A stretch of DNA of 64,000 nt from Spirochaetia bacterium (GTDB lineage Bacteria > Spirochaetota > Spirochaetia > SZUA-6 > Bin103): contig CBDAOI010000001.1 in the NCBI GenBank assembly GCA_965198005.1, forward strand, positions 96,001 to 160,000. Reading direction: 5' to 3'. Positions 39,615 through 48,738 of the stretch are shown here, one piece after another. Both the position numbers and the translations under genes were made by a program. The notes under the pieces were generated by a model. It was not told the DNA's origin and did not search any database. It saw only the letters and a list, made by a program, of their open reading frames with translations. The stretch's first letter is position 1. The number at the start of each line of letters is the position of its first letter.

Positions 39615-40019
39615 TCACCGGTCGTGATCCTCGGCCGCCACCGGATCGCCCTCGATGATGCACATGGCGAGCACCTCGTCCTGCTCGTGGGTCAGCGAGA
39701 TGAACACGCGCGTGCCGCCGATGCGCTCGAGCGCGGCCTGCGCCGATCCGGTCAGGCGCAACTCCGGCTTGCCGGCGGCGTTGTTCATCACCGCCATGTC
39801 GCGCAGCGACAGGCCCGCGAGACCGGAGCCCAACGCCTTGCCGAACGCCTCCTTGGCGGCAAACCGGGCCGCCAGCGACTGCAGCGCCAGCGTCTCGCCA
39901 CGCGCCCGCACCTGGGCCAGCTCGGCGGGATGGTAGAACCGCTCCAGCAGCCCGGGGATCATCTGCCAGCGCCGCAGGCGCTGGGGATGGACCACGTCGA
40001 TTCCCACGCCGAGGATCAT
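39615..40019 (-). CDS. acpS: Holo-ACP synthase
   Basis: GVGIDVV, RFAAKEAFGKALG and SLTHE motifs. Confidence 0.93.
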   Translation of the reverse strand: MILGVGIDVVHPQRLRRWQMIPGLLERFYHPAELAQVRARGETLALQSLAARFAAKEAFGKALGSGLAGLSLRDMAVMNNAAGKPELRLTGSAQAALERIGGTRVFISLTHEQDEVLAMCIIEGDPVAAEDHDR

Positions 40020-41068
40020 GCTCCCTCCGCCGGATTCTCCAGCGCAGCGACCAGCCGCACCGCCTGCGCCGCGGCGCCGGCGTCATGCACGCGCAAGATG
40101 TCCGCCCCGCGCAGCAGCGCGATCGTATTGGCCACGGTGGTGCCCGCCAGACGCTGCTCCACCGGCGCCTCCAGCAGCGCACCGAGAAACGACTTGCGCG
40201 ACAGCCCGACCAGCACCGGCCCCAGCGACCGCAGCGCCGGCAGCCCCTCCAGCAGCCGCAGGTTGTCCGCCAGCCGCTTGCCGAAGCCGATGCCGGGGTC
40301 GACGATCAGGCAGTCCGGCCGGATACCGGCCGCCAGGGCGGCGTTGAGACGCTGCTTGAGTTCGCGCAGCACCTCGCCTACCGGATCGGTGAACCGGACG
40401 TTCCGCTGCATCGTGCGCGGCGTGCCGCGCATGTGCATCACCACCGCCGGCACTCCGCGCGCGGCGACCAGCTCGCGCAAGCGCGGATCACGCAGGCCGC
40501 AGACGTCATTGACCAGCACCGCGCCCGCGTCCAAGGCGGCCGCGGCAACCTCCGCCTTGGAGGTGTCGACCGACACCGGTGGCCCGCCGCCCGCGACAAT
40601 CGCCTGCACCACCGGCACCACCCGGTCGATCTCCTCCGCCGCCGTCACCGGCAGCGCGCCGGGACGGGTCGACTCCCCGCCCACGTCGATGATGTCGGCC
40701 CCGGCACCGGCCATCCGCCGCGCGGCAGCGACCGCCGCGGCCACCGCGTCGCTGCCGCTGAATCGGCTGGCCGGATAAAACGAGTCGGGCGTGACGTTGA
40801 TGATGCCCATCACCAAGGCCCGGTCGCCGTAGGCCAGCGCGCCGCGCGGCGGGCCTATGCGGTTGACGGCCGCGCCGGGGGGCAGCGGAACCGCCCCCGC
40901 CAGCGGCTGCCAGGCCGCGGCCAGCTCCAGGCCGAGCTGACGCGTCGCCGGCCGCGACCGCCACCGGGCTGCCAGCACGCCGACAGCCGCCCCGGACACG
41001 GTGGCGCGCACCGTGCCCCCGGCCGCCTCCTGCACCGTGCCGCCGGCCTCCTGCAGAGCGGGGACCAC
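40016..41068 (-). CDS. folP: Dihydropteroate synthase (start uncertain)
   Basis: MGIINVTPDSF, GGESTRPG, DPGIGFGK, SRKSF and RVHD motifs; the ORF-track start at 41290 overlaps bS22 and is probably wrong. Confidence 0.9.
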   Translation of the reverse strand: MVPALQEAGGTVQEAAGGTVRATVSGAAVGVLAARWRSRPATRQLGLELAAAWQPLAGAVPLPPGAAVNRIGPPRGALAYGDRALVMGIINVTPDSFYPASRFSGSDAVAAAVAAARRMAGAGADIIDVGGESTRPGALPVTAAEEIDRVVPVVQAIVAGGGPPVSVDTSKAEVAAAALDAGAVLVNDVCGLRDPRLRELVAARGVPAVVMHMRGTPRTMQRNVRFTDPVGEVLRELKQRLNAALAAGIRPDCLIVDPGIGFGKRLADNLRLLEGLPALRSLGPVLVGLSRKSFLGALLEAPVEQRLAGTTVANTIALLRGADILRVHDAGAAAQAVRLVAALENPAEGA

Positions 41069-41205
41069 GATCGACCGCTGCTCGGAACTCAACCCGTCAA
41101 TGCGAAGTTTGGCGCAGGGAGGCAGGGGCTGGCCGGGACGCGCCGGCCGGCGCCCGCCGATGGGGACGACTCGGAGGTTACGATGAAGATCGAATCGCCG
41201 GCACG

Positions 41206-41295
41206 TTACTTCTTCTTGTGTCGGTTCTTTCTCAGTTTCTTCTTGCGCTTGTGTGTCGCTATCTTGTGACGCTTTCGTTTTCGCCCACACGGCAT
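41206..41295 (-). CDS. 30S ribosomal protein bS22 (AURKAIP1/COX24, mS38-like), 29 aa
   Basis: Translates to MPCGRKRKRHKIATHKRKKKLRKNRHKKK*, with GGGAG upstream; below the ORF-track size cutoff. Confidence 0.88.
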   Translation of the reverse strand: MPCGRKRKRHKIATHKRKKKLRKNRHKKK

Positions 41296-41376
41296 CGACC
41301 AGGTACTCCCTAAAGGATCAAGACTGAAATACGCCACTCAGCCAACCCGGAGCCGGAACTGGTCGCGCACCATAGA

Positions 41377-41560
41377 CTATCGCCCTTCAGCGCCAGTCCT
41401 GTCAACCGTGTCCACGACCACGTCGTCGCCCTCGACCGACACCTCCGACACCGGGCAGGTCTTGACCCGCGGCCGGGCGTCGGCCAGGCAGCTACCGTCG
41501 GTGGTGTCGAACGCCCGGTTGTGCCACGGGCAGCGCAGGATCTCGCCGTCGCGGTCCATG
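41377..41560 (-). pseudogene. Rieske (2Fe-2S) ferredoxin C-terminal fragment
   Basis: LRCPWH..AFD..DG motif present; first CxH box absent. Confidence 0.65.
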
Positions 41561-41861
41561 GTCGGTCGGGGGGCGCCGACGCCGGACGGGGCCGTTGGCC
41601 ACGCACCGGCCGCTGACGTGGCCGGTGCACAGCCGGCCGCACGGGCGGCGCCACCCACCCGTCGGCGGCGCTCTCACCCCCGCTCCGGGTCGATGGCCCG
41701 ACCGGCGCAGCAGCGCCGCCAGCCGTTCGACCCGTCCGCGCTCCTGCTCGGCATGTTGGCGCTCCTGCTCAGCGCGGTGGCGTTGTTCCAGCCGACGCCG
41801 CCGCCCGCCTCGCGGACCTCGATGCGGCGCGCACCATTGAGCGCTGACCCCAGTATGGTAC

Positions 41862-42210
41862 ATGACCGTCACCTATGACCCACGCTATAATATTGGCTAT
41901 ATCCGATTTCGCGAGTCTACCGAGGAAGTTGAGACGATCAATCGAGAGTTTGTTGAACGAAGCGTCGGCAGGCGAAACCGTTAACGAAGCGTTAAGGTTA
42001 AGGTAGTACCAACAGGCTGATCGGGGTCCCGTCGCCCCCAATTCGGCCCTCAAGGTGAGCGAGAGTTTGAATATTGACCTTTCACCCGATGGGAAGGTGT
42101 ATGGGGTCGAGTTGCTGGATGCCAATCGGCAACTCGCCGGCGAAGGGCGCCTGACATTCGTTAACGAAGCGTCAGGCAACCGTAAGGTTAAGGTAGTACC
42201 AACAGGCTGA
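41862..42210 (+). pseudogene. DUF2283 small protein interrupted by a duplicated segment
   Basis: MTVTYDPRYNIGYIRF...ETI[about 110-bp insert]KVSESLNIDLSPDGKVYGVELLDA... Confidence 0.7.
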
Positions 42211-42240
42211 TCGGGGTCCCGTCGCCCCCAATTCGGCCCT
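41993..42240 (+). repeat. 58-bp perfect direct repeat (41993-42050 and 42183-42240)
   Basis: taaggttaaggtagtaccaacaggctgatcggggtcccgtcgcccccaattcggccct occurs twice. Confidence 0.9.
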
Positions 42241-42241
42241 G

Positions 42242-43174
42242 TCATATGATAATAGCGCTCACCCCTGCTCCGGGTCGATGCCCGACCGGCGCAGCCGCCA
42301 AGCGTTCGGCGCGCCGGCGTTCCTGCTCGGCGCGCTGCCGTTCCTCCACCATCACGTGCTCCGCGTGCTCGGCGCGCCGGCGTTCCTCCACCATCAGGCG
42401 CTCCGCGTGCTCGGCACGCTCCTTGCCCATCGGTATCAACACGTCGTGCTCGTCCGTCCAGCGCAACCACCCGCTCCACCACACGCCCTCGAACGCACCC
42501 TCCCACAGCCTCAGTCCCAACCGCAGCTCCGCGAACCGGGGCGACTCTTGGCGTTCGTAGCCCCCGTCCCTCAACCGATACACGCGCAGCTCCTCCCGCA
42601 TCACCCGATGAAACGGATCGTAGATCACGTAGTAGCCAACACCCATGCGCGCGTACCTGAGCCGCTTGCGCCCCAGCTCCTCGCCTTCCCGGTTCGACAC
42701 GATCTCCACCACCAGGTCCGGCGGCTTGCCGAACTCCCACACGAAATAGGAGCGGTGCCGCTTGTCCCACCAGTTGTCGGCCACCTGCACGTCCAGACTC
42801 AGAAACACGTCCGGCACGATCGCCGGGTTGCGCGCCTCCGCGAACACGCCGACGTTGGCAGCCGCCAGAAACCTGCGCCCGGCGCCCGGTCCGGCCCACG
42901 AGCTGTACAGCGGCTCGGTGAGCAGGCGTTGCTGCTTCTCAGAAGGCATGTTGTCCACCGGCGTATCATCCTCGGTCACCAGAGATTCGAGGTCGACGCT
43001 CACCTGCGGCGCCGCCAGCGCCGCGGCAGCCCCTGCTGCCTGGACCGAGGCGGCACGCGGCACGCTCGAGGCCGGCCTCATGAGCACCCTGCCCGGCGCG
43101 GCAGGCTCCCCTCCAGGAGCGCTGGATTGCGGGTCAAGCGCGGAATGACCACTGTGGGGGGTAGTCGGCTCCAT
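42242..43174 (-). CDS. Uma2 (DUF820) family endonuclease with coiled-coil tail
   Basis: EDDTPVDN, PDVFLSL, PPDLVVEIVS and YYVIYDP motifs; ERRRAEHAE repeats. Confidence 0.88.
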   Translation of the reverse strand: MEPTTPHSGHSALDPQSSAPGGEPAAPGRVLMRPASSVPRAASVQAAGAAAALAAPQVSVDLESLVTEDDTPVDNMPSEKQQRLLTEPLYSSWAGPGAGRRFLAAANVGVFAEARNPAIVPDVFLSLDVQVADNWWDKRHRSYFVWEFGKPPDLVVEIVSNREGEELGRKRLRYARMGVGYYVIYDPFHRVMREELRVYRLRDGGYERQESPRFAELRLGLRLWEGAFEGVWWSGWLRWTDEHDVLIPMGKERAEHAERLMVEERRRAEHAEHVMVEERQRAEQERRRAERLAAAPVGHRPGAGVSAIII

Positions 43175-43362
43175 GCGCTCGCCAGTATACACCGAGTAAG
43201 CAGGAACTGCCACTTTGCCACTTCGCAGCACGTGGCCGAAGTGGGCCGCATCGGCGGTTTCCCACGGAACGGCGGCACGACAGAGGTCCTCCCGAGACCA
43301 AGAGGCGGCTGCTGGTCTCGCTGGATCCCCACGACCGCTCCACCGAGGATGGCATCGAGCTG

Positions 43363-44343
43363 CTACACCACTCTACATCGTGGCCCAGCCGTGGCGGGAC
43401 GCGTTCTTCTGAGCTGCGACTCGACCAACCCGCGCACGGCGTCCGCCACGGCCGCGGCGGCATCCGCCGGCAGCCAGCGGACGCCCGGAAACCGCCGGAA
43501 GAAACTGAGCTGGCGCTTCGCGAAGCGGCGCGTGTTGCGCTTCACCAACGCCTTGACCTCCGCTTGGTCGGACAACCCGAGAAAGAACTCCGCGTAGCCG
43601 ATGCTCCGCAGGCCGGGGGTGGCGGCGGCGTAACCGCGCGCCCGCAGGGCCGCTACCTCGGCCGCCAGCCCGTGGTCGAACATCCACTCCACCCGCCGTT
43701 CAATGCGCCGGTACAACTCCTCCCGGGGCCGCTCCAGTCCCAGAATCAGTACCTGATGCTCGCGGCGCGGTGCGGTCGGCAGGTGGAACGACGACAGCGG
43801 GCGGCCCGAGAGCTGAAACACCTCCAGGGCGCGAATGATCCGCCCGCGGTCCCCGACCGGCAGCCGGGCGGCGGTTGCGGCGTCGATGCGGGCCAGCTCG
43901 GCGTGCAACCGCTCGGCCCCCTCCCGGGCGCACCGCGCGCGCAACCGTTGGCGCACCGCCGGGTCGGCCGGAGGAGCCGGCGGCAGGCCGTAGAGGAACG
44001 ACCAGAGGTAGAACGCCGCGCCGCCGGCCACGATCGGGAGCCCGCCGCGCCCGGTGATCTCCGCCACCGCACGGTCCGCGGCGCGCAGGAAATCGCCGGC
44101 GGTAAACTGTACGTCCGGATCGACCAGGTCGATCAGATGATGCGGCAGCAGCCCGCGCAGCCGCGGCGATGGCTTGGCGGTGCCGGCGTCCATTCCGCGG
44201 TACACCTGCCGGGAATCGGCGCTGATCACTTCGGCCCCACAGTCGCGCAGCAGCGAACCCTGTGCCTCCAACAGCGCCGACTTGCCCACCGCCGTCGGCC
44301 CCAGCAGCAGCACCACTCGGGGCTGCGCCGTGCCGGACGTCAT
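43363..44343 (-). CDS. miaA: tRNA dimethylallyltransferase
   Basis: GPTAVGKS, DSRQVYRGMD.GTAKP, HHLID and FAKRQ motifs. Confidence 0.95.
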   Translation of the reverse strand: MTSGTAQPRVVLLLGPTAVGKSALLEAQGSLLRDCGAEVISADSRQVYRGMDAGTAKPSPRLRGLLPHHLIDLVDPDVQFTAGDFLRAADRAVAEITGRGGLPIVAGGAAFYLWSFLYGLPPAPPADPAVRQRLRARCAREGAERLHAELARIDAATAARLPVGDRGRIIRALEVFQLSGRPLSSFHLPTAPRREHQVLILGLERPREELYRRIERRVEWMFDHGLAAEVAALRARGYAAATPGLRSIGYAEFFLGLSDQAEVKALVKRNTRRFAKRQLSFFRRFPGVRWLPADAAAAVADAVRGLVESQLRRTRPATAGPRCRVV

Positions 44344-44534
44344 CAGCGCTCGAGCTGGTACTTCACCTTCTTGGTAAGGATCTGCTTGATCGAGATGGAG
44401 ACCACCTTGCCCTTGTTTTCGTCCACTTCGTCATCTCCGGCCAGCGCCAGTTGGCGCGCGCGGCGGATGGCCGCGGCCGACAGCACGTAGCGGTTCTCGA
44501 GGTTGCTGATCAACAGCTTGAGGGGCAGTATCAC
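44343..44534 (-). CDS. rpoZ: RNA polymerase omega subunit
   Basis: NRYVLSAAAIRRARQL and KVVSISI; located between cmk and miaA. Confidence 0.8.
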   Translation of the reverse strand: MILPLKLLISNLENRYVLSAAAIRRARQLALAGDDEVDENKGKVVSISIKQILTKKVKYQLER

Positions 44535-44570
44535 GGGTCGAAATATATCGCTCGACCGGCCGCCGAGCAA

Positions 44571-45089
44571 TCATCGTGTGATCCGGGTCGCGGCAGCAAC
44601 GATCGCGGCCGCGGCCCGGAACTGGTCGTGGGTCGTGGTATCGACCACCAGATGCGCGTGCTCATAGCGATCGACGTCGATCCCGTACAGATCGAGATAG
44701 CGCCGGCGGTCGCTGGCGTCGCGCCGGTTCATCTCGGCCAGCGCGGTTGCGAACGGAACCCGATCGCGCGCCGCGATCCGTCGCGCCCGTACCTCGGGTG
44801 TGCCGCGCAGGTAGACCGCGAAGTCGACGTCAGCCAGGAGCCAGATCGCCAAGCGTGAACCCAGCACGCAGGGCCCGGCCGCGGCCGCAGCGACCTGGCG
44901 GCGGTCCAGCTCGCGGTCGATCGACGGATCACGCCCGGCCAGATCGTGCAACTCGACGAAGCTCATCCCGCGCTCCGCGGCCAGATCTCTGAACGTCAAG
45001 TTGATCAGTTTCAGCCCCAGTCGCTCGCTCACCAGCCGCGATACCGTGCTGTTGCCGCAGCCGCTCTTTCCCGAGATCGCGATTTTCAC
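44571..45089 (-). CDS. cmk: Cytidylate kinase-like protein
   Basis: ISGKSGCGNSTVS P-loop variant, GSRLAIW and RD..D..RY..LYGID motifs. Confidence 0.85.
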   Translation of the reverse strand: MKIAISGKSGCGNSTVSRLVSERLGLKLINLTFRDLAAERGMSFVELHDLAGRDPSIDRELDRRQVAAAAAGPCVLGSRLAIWLLADVDFAVYLRGTPEVRARRIAARDRVPFATALAEMNRRDASDRRRYLDLYGIDVDRYEHAHLVVDTTTHDQFRAAAAIVAAATRITR

Positions 45090-45111
45090 GTTCCGCGTCG
45101 CACTAATCACA

Positions 45112-45975
45112 CTATTCGAGGTTGCGCAGGTGCTCGCGCATGCGTTCGATCGCGTCCCGCGCCCGCACCGCGGCCGCGCCGATCGCGTAGGCGGCTCCCT
45201 TGGCCGCAATGGTATTGGCTTCGCGCATCAACTCCTGGTTCAGGAACTCCAGTTGCTTGGCGCGCACCCCGCCGCCGGCCAGAGCCTCGCGGAACGCCTG
45301 CAGATGCCCGCGCAGCCGCACCAGCTCCTCATTGACGTCCGCCCTCGCCAGCACCACCGCCAGCGCGGCCACCACCCGGCCGTCATCGACCGGCTCCGCC
45401 AGCAACTGCTCGGTCTTGCGGGTCATGGCGGCGCGCATGCGCTCCGCGGCCAGCGGCGCTTCGGCGGCGATCACGGCCACGTCGGCTTCGACCGCCGCCA
45501 CCAGACGCTCGAGATCGGCGGTGGTGTTGGCGCCGTCGCGCCGCCGTTCCGCCTCGAACTGCGCGAACGCCCGCTCCAGCGGCTCCTGACATTCGGCCCA
45601 CATCCGCTTCGGGTCGTGCGTGCGCGCCTGCCGCAGAAAGCCGCCCACCGCCAGCAGATGGCTCAGATCCACGCCGCCGGCGCCCACGAGCTCCGCCAGC
45701 TCGTGCAGCGCGGCCCAATGTGAGCGCGCCGCGGCAGCATCGACGCTGACCCGCGCCGCTCCCTCCAGCTCGACCACCCCCACCGACAGCTCGACCCGGC
45801 CACGCCCCACCCGCTCGGCCAGGTAGCCGCGCAGCCGCGGTTCCAGCTCCCCCAGATCGGCGGGCAGGCTGACGTTCAGCTCAAGGTAGCGGCTGTTGTA
45901 GGCCTTGATCTCGACCGCAATCCGGTACCCGGCGGCGACCGATTCGGCCCGCCCGAAGCCGGTCATGCTCTTCAC
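45112..45975 (-). CDS. yicC: YicC/YloC family endoribonuclease
   Basis: SMTGFGR, NSRYLE, EELVRL..H and QELMREANTI motifs. Confidence 0.92.
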   Translation of the reverse strand: MKSMTGFGRAESVAAGYRIAVEIKAYNSRYLELNVSLPADLGELEPRLRGYLAERVGRGRVELSVGVVELEGAARVSVDAAAARSHWAALHELAELVGAGGVDLSHLLAVGGFLRQARTHDPKRMWAECQEPLERAFAQFEAERRRDGANTTADLERLVAAVEADVAVIAAEAPLAAERMRAAMTRKTEQLLAEPVDDGRVVAALAVVLARADVNEELVRLRGHLQAFREALAGGGVRAKQLEFLNQELMREANTIAAKGAAYAIGAAAVRARDAIERMREHLRNLE

Positions 45976-47540
45976 GCGCCGCCTCCGTGGGTGCCCTGCC
46001 GCAGCCGCCCCAGCAGGTCGCGGCCGATGCGCCAGTTGTCGCCCGCCCCCATGGTTACCAGCAGGTCGCCGGGGCCGAGCGCGCCGGCCAGGTGGTCCGT
46101 GGCCGCAGCGAAGGTCGGGCAGTAGCGGACCCGGCCGTGGTGGCGGGCCACCGCCTGCAACAGGGCCCGGCCGGCGGCGTCCGCGGCCGCTTCCGGCGCC
46201 GGCCGGGCGCCCGCCTCCACCCCCGGTGGCAGTTCCCGAGCGGACGCGTAGACCGGGTGCAGCAGCACCTCGTGCGCCGCGCCGAACGCGGTGGCGAAGC
46301 GGTCCAGCAGCGCCGCGGTACGGGAAAAGGTATGGCTCATGAAGTCCACCACCAGGCGCCGGTCGGGGTAGAAGCTGCGCAGCCCGGCCAGGGTCGACGC
46401 CACCTCGGTGGGGTGATGCGCATAGTCGTCCAGCACCAGGATCCCGCGCTGCTCGCCGACGATCTCGGTGCGGCGCTTGCCGCCGCGGTAGCGGCTGAGC
46501 GCGGCGCGCACGGCCTGCTGCTCGGGCGCGGCCAGCGCGCGTCCCTCGGCCGCCAGCAGCGTGCGCGCCACCGCCACCGCGGCCGCGGCATTGTCCACGT
46601 GGTGCCGCCCCGCCACCCGTAGCGTGACCGGTTCGGCCAGGCACGCGATCCGGAAGCAGGTGGCTCCGGCCGCCGCCGCCACCGCGCTGACCCGCAACGC
46701 GCCGGCGGCGGATTCGCCGTAGGGGCAGAGGCGCAGGTCCGGCCGCCGCCGCCGCACGGCGCCCGCCACCTCGACCGCGCCGGGGTCGCCGGCCGCGTAG
46801 ATCAGGCTGCCGCCGGCCGCCATCGAGCAGGCGAATCCGGTGAACGCCGCCACCACCGCCGCGTGCGTCGGAAACGCGTCCACGTGCTCCAGCTCCACGC
46901 TGGTCAGCACGACGTGGCGCGGGTCGAAGTTGGCGAAGTGGTTGCGGTACTCGCAGGTTTCGGCCACCAGGTAGTCGGTGCCGCGCATCAGCGTGGCACG
47001 GCCGTCGAAGTTGGGCACGCCGGTGCCGGTGAGCACCGTGGCGGGCAGGTCGAGCGCGTCCACCAGGAGCCCGCACAGGGCCGCGGTGGTGGTCTTGCCG
47101 TGCACGCCGCTGATCGCGATCGAGCGCGCCGCGCGGGACAACGCTCCGAGCGCCTCGGGATAGCTGATCACCGGAATCCCGCGCGCCGCGGCCGCGGCCA
47201 GTTGCGGATTCTCGGCCCGGTCGTACGCTGCCGAGTGGACTACCCAATCGACCGCCGCCGGCAGGTCGGCGGCGGCGAACCCCACGGTCGGGCGCACCTG
47301 CAGCCGGTCGAGGATGTCCCTGGTCTGAAACTGCTCGGCCACGTCCGCGCCGGTGAGCAGCGCGCCGCGCGCCGCCAGCACCTCGGCGAGCGCCGCCATG
47401 CCGGTGCCCTTGACCCCCACCAGATGAATCCGGCGGCCCCTGACATCGGCCGGCAGACTCACCGGGCCGGGCCGACGGGCGGCTGCTGCCGGTGGGTCAC
47501 GGGTCATGGTCCGGGTCACGGAGCGACCGTGCTGGCTCAT
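45972..47540 (-). CDS. murC: UDP-N-acetylmuramate--L-alanine ligase
   Basis: GVKGTGM, GVHGKTTT, ETCEY, DDYAHHPTE and MGAG motifs; start may be 47540 or a downstream ATG. Confidence 0.93.
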   Translation of the reverse strand: MSQHGRSVTRTMTRDPPAAAARRPGPVSLPADVRGRRIHLVGVKGTGMAALAEVLAARGALLTGADVAEQFQTRDILDRLQVRPTVGFAAADLPAAVDWVVHSAAYDRAENPQLAAAAARGIPVISYPEALGALSRAARSIAISGVHGKTTTAALCGLLVDALDLPATVLTGTGVPNFDGRATLMRGTDYLVAETCEYRNHFANFDPRHVVLTSVELEHVDAFPTHAAVVAAFTGFACSMAAGGSLIYAAGDPGAVEVAGAVRRRRPDLRLCPYGESAAGALRVSAVAAAAGATCFRIACLAEPVTLRVAGRHHVDNAAAAVAVARTLLAAEGRALAAPEQQAVRAALSRYRGGKRRTEIVGEQRGILVLDDYAHHPTEVASTLAGLRSFYPDRRLVVDFMSHTFSRTAALLDRFATAFGAAHEVLLHPVYASARELPPGVEAGARPAPEAAADAAGRALLQAVARHHGRVRYCPTFAAATDHLAGALGPGDLLVTMGAGDNWRIGRDLLGRLRQGTHGGGA

Positions 47541-47545
47541 CGGTT

Positions 47546-47617
<72 letters not shown>

Positions 47618-47701
47618 CTGCAAGCGCCAAAAAATATTTCAATCCCGGCGGCCGAGTCAACCTTGTCAACCACGTGTCGGGTGCTGTAAGATGCAACTCT
47701 C

Positions 47702-48736
47702 ATGGTTACCACAACGAAACCCGACACCAGGCGCGCACCCGAAGCCGCGGCCGCGGCCGCTGGCCTCGCCGGCACGCTGCCGCGTGAGCTGCTGCTGCTC
47801 ATGTACGAACGGATGACGTTGATCCGGGCGTTCGAGGAACGCCTGGTCGACTTGATGGCGAAGGGCGTCGCGATCGGCACCGCCCACTCCTACGCCGGCC
47901 AGGAAGCGGTGGCGGTCGGCGTGTGCACCGCGCTGAACCCGGACGACTGGATCGCCTCGACGCACCGCGGTCACGGCCACTGCATTGCCAAGGGCATGGA
48001 CGTAGACCCCGTCATGGCTGAGATCTACGGCAAGGTGGATGGAGCCAACCGGGGCAAGGGGGGCTCGATGCACATCACCGACGTCAGCGTCGGCATGCTC
48101 GGCGTCAACCCGATCGTCGGCGGCGGCATCCCGCACGCGGTCGGAGCCGCGCTGTCCGCCAAGCTGCGCAAGACCGGACAGGTGGCGGCGACCTTCTTCG
48201 GCGACGGCGGCGCCAACATCGGCGCCTGTCACGAGTCGATCAACCTGGCCGCGGTGTGGAACGTTCCCTGCGTATTCGTGTGCGAGAACAATGGGTACGC
48301 GCAGAGCACCCCCTCCGAGTGGAGCACCGCCGGCGAGATCTGGAAGCGGGCGATCGGCTACGGCATTCCCGGTGAGGCGGTCGACGGCCAGGACCTGCTG
48401 GCGGTGTATGCGGCCGTCAAGCAGGCGGCCGACCGCGCTCGCGCCGGCGACGGCCCGTCACTGATCGAAGCCAGAACCTATCGCTACCACGGCCACTACA
48501 TCGGCGACAATCCGCACAACTATCGACTGGAACAGGAAGAGGAAGACGCGCGCGGACGTGATTGCATCCAGCGCCTGCGCGCCAACCTGCTGGACGCGCA
48601 GACGGTTTCGGCGGCCGAGATGGACCAACTGGAGCAGCGCGCCGCGCAGCGGATCGAGGCGGCGGTGGCGTTCGCCGAGGCATCGCCCTTTCCGGAGCCG
48701 GGCGAGCTGACCACGCAGGTCTTCGCGGGAGAGTGA
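47702..48736 (+). CDS. Pyruvate/acetoin dehydrogenase E1 alpha subunit
   Basis: GQEA, THRGHGH, GKGGSMH, GDG...ENN and TYRYHGH motifs. Confidence 0.92.
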   Translation: MVTTTKPDTRRAPEAAAAAAGLAGTLPRELLLLMYERMTLIRAFEERLVDLMAKGVAIGTAHSYAGQEAVAVGVCTALNPDDWIASTHRGHGHCIAKGMDVDPVMAEIYGKVDGANRGKGGSMHITDVSVGMLGVNPIVGGGIPHAVGAALSAKLRKTGQVAATFFGDGGANIGACHESINLAAVWNVPCVFVCENNGYAQSTPSEWSTAGEIWKRAIGYGIPGEAVDGQDLLAVYAAVKQAADRARAGDGPSLIEARTYRYHGHYIGDNPHNYRLEQEEEDARGRDCIQRLRANLLDAQTVSAAEMDQLEQRAAQRIEAAVAFAEASPFPEPGELTTQVFAGE

Positions 48737-48738
48737 CG

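Noticed and set aside
41069-41290. Long acidic N-terminal extension of FolP
   Set aside because: The upstream part is an alternate-frame reading of the bS22 gene
41993-42240. 58-bp direct repeat as a CRISPR array or att sites
   Set aside because: Only two copies, derived from the DUF2283 3' end; no cas or integrase gene in the window
42300-42425. 42-bp tandem repeats at the 3' end of Uma2
   Set aside because: The common ERxRAE coiled-coil tail of Uma2 proteins; not novel
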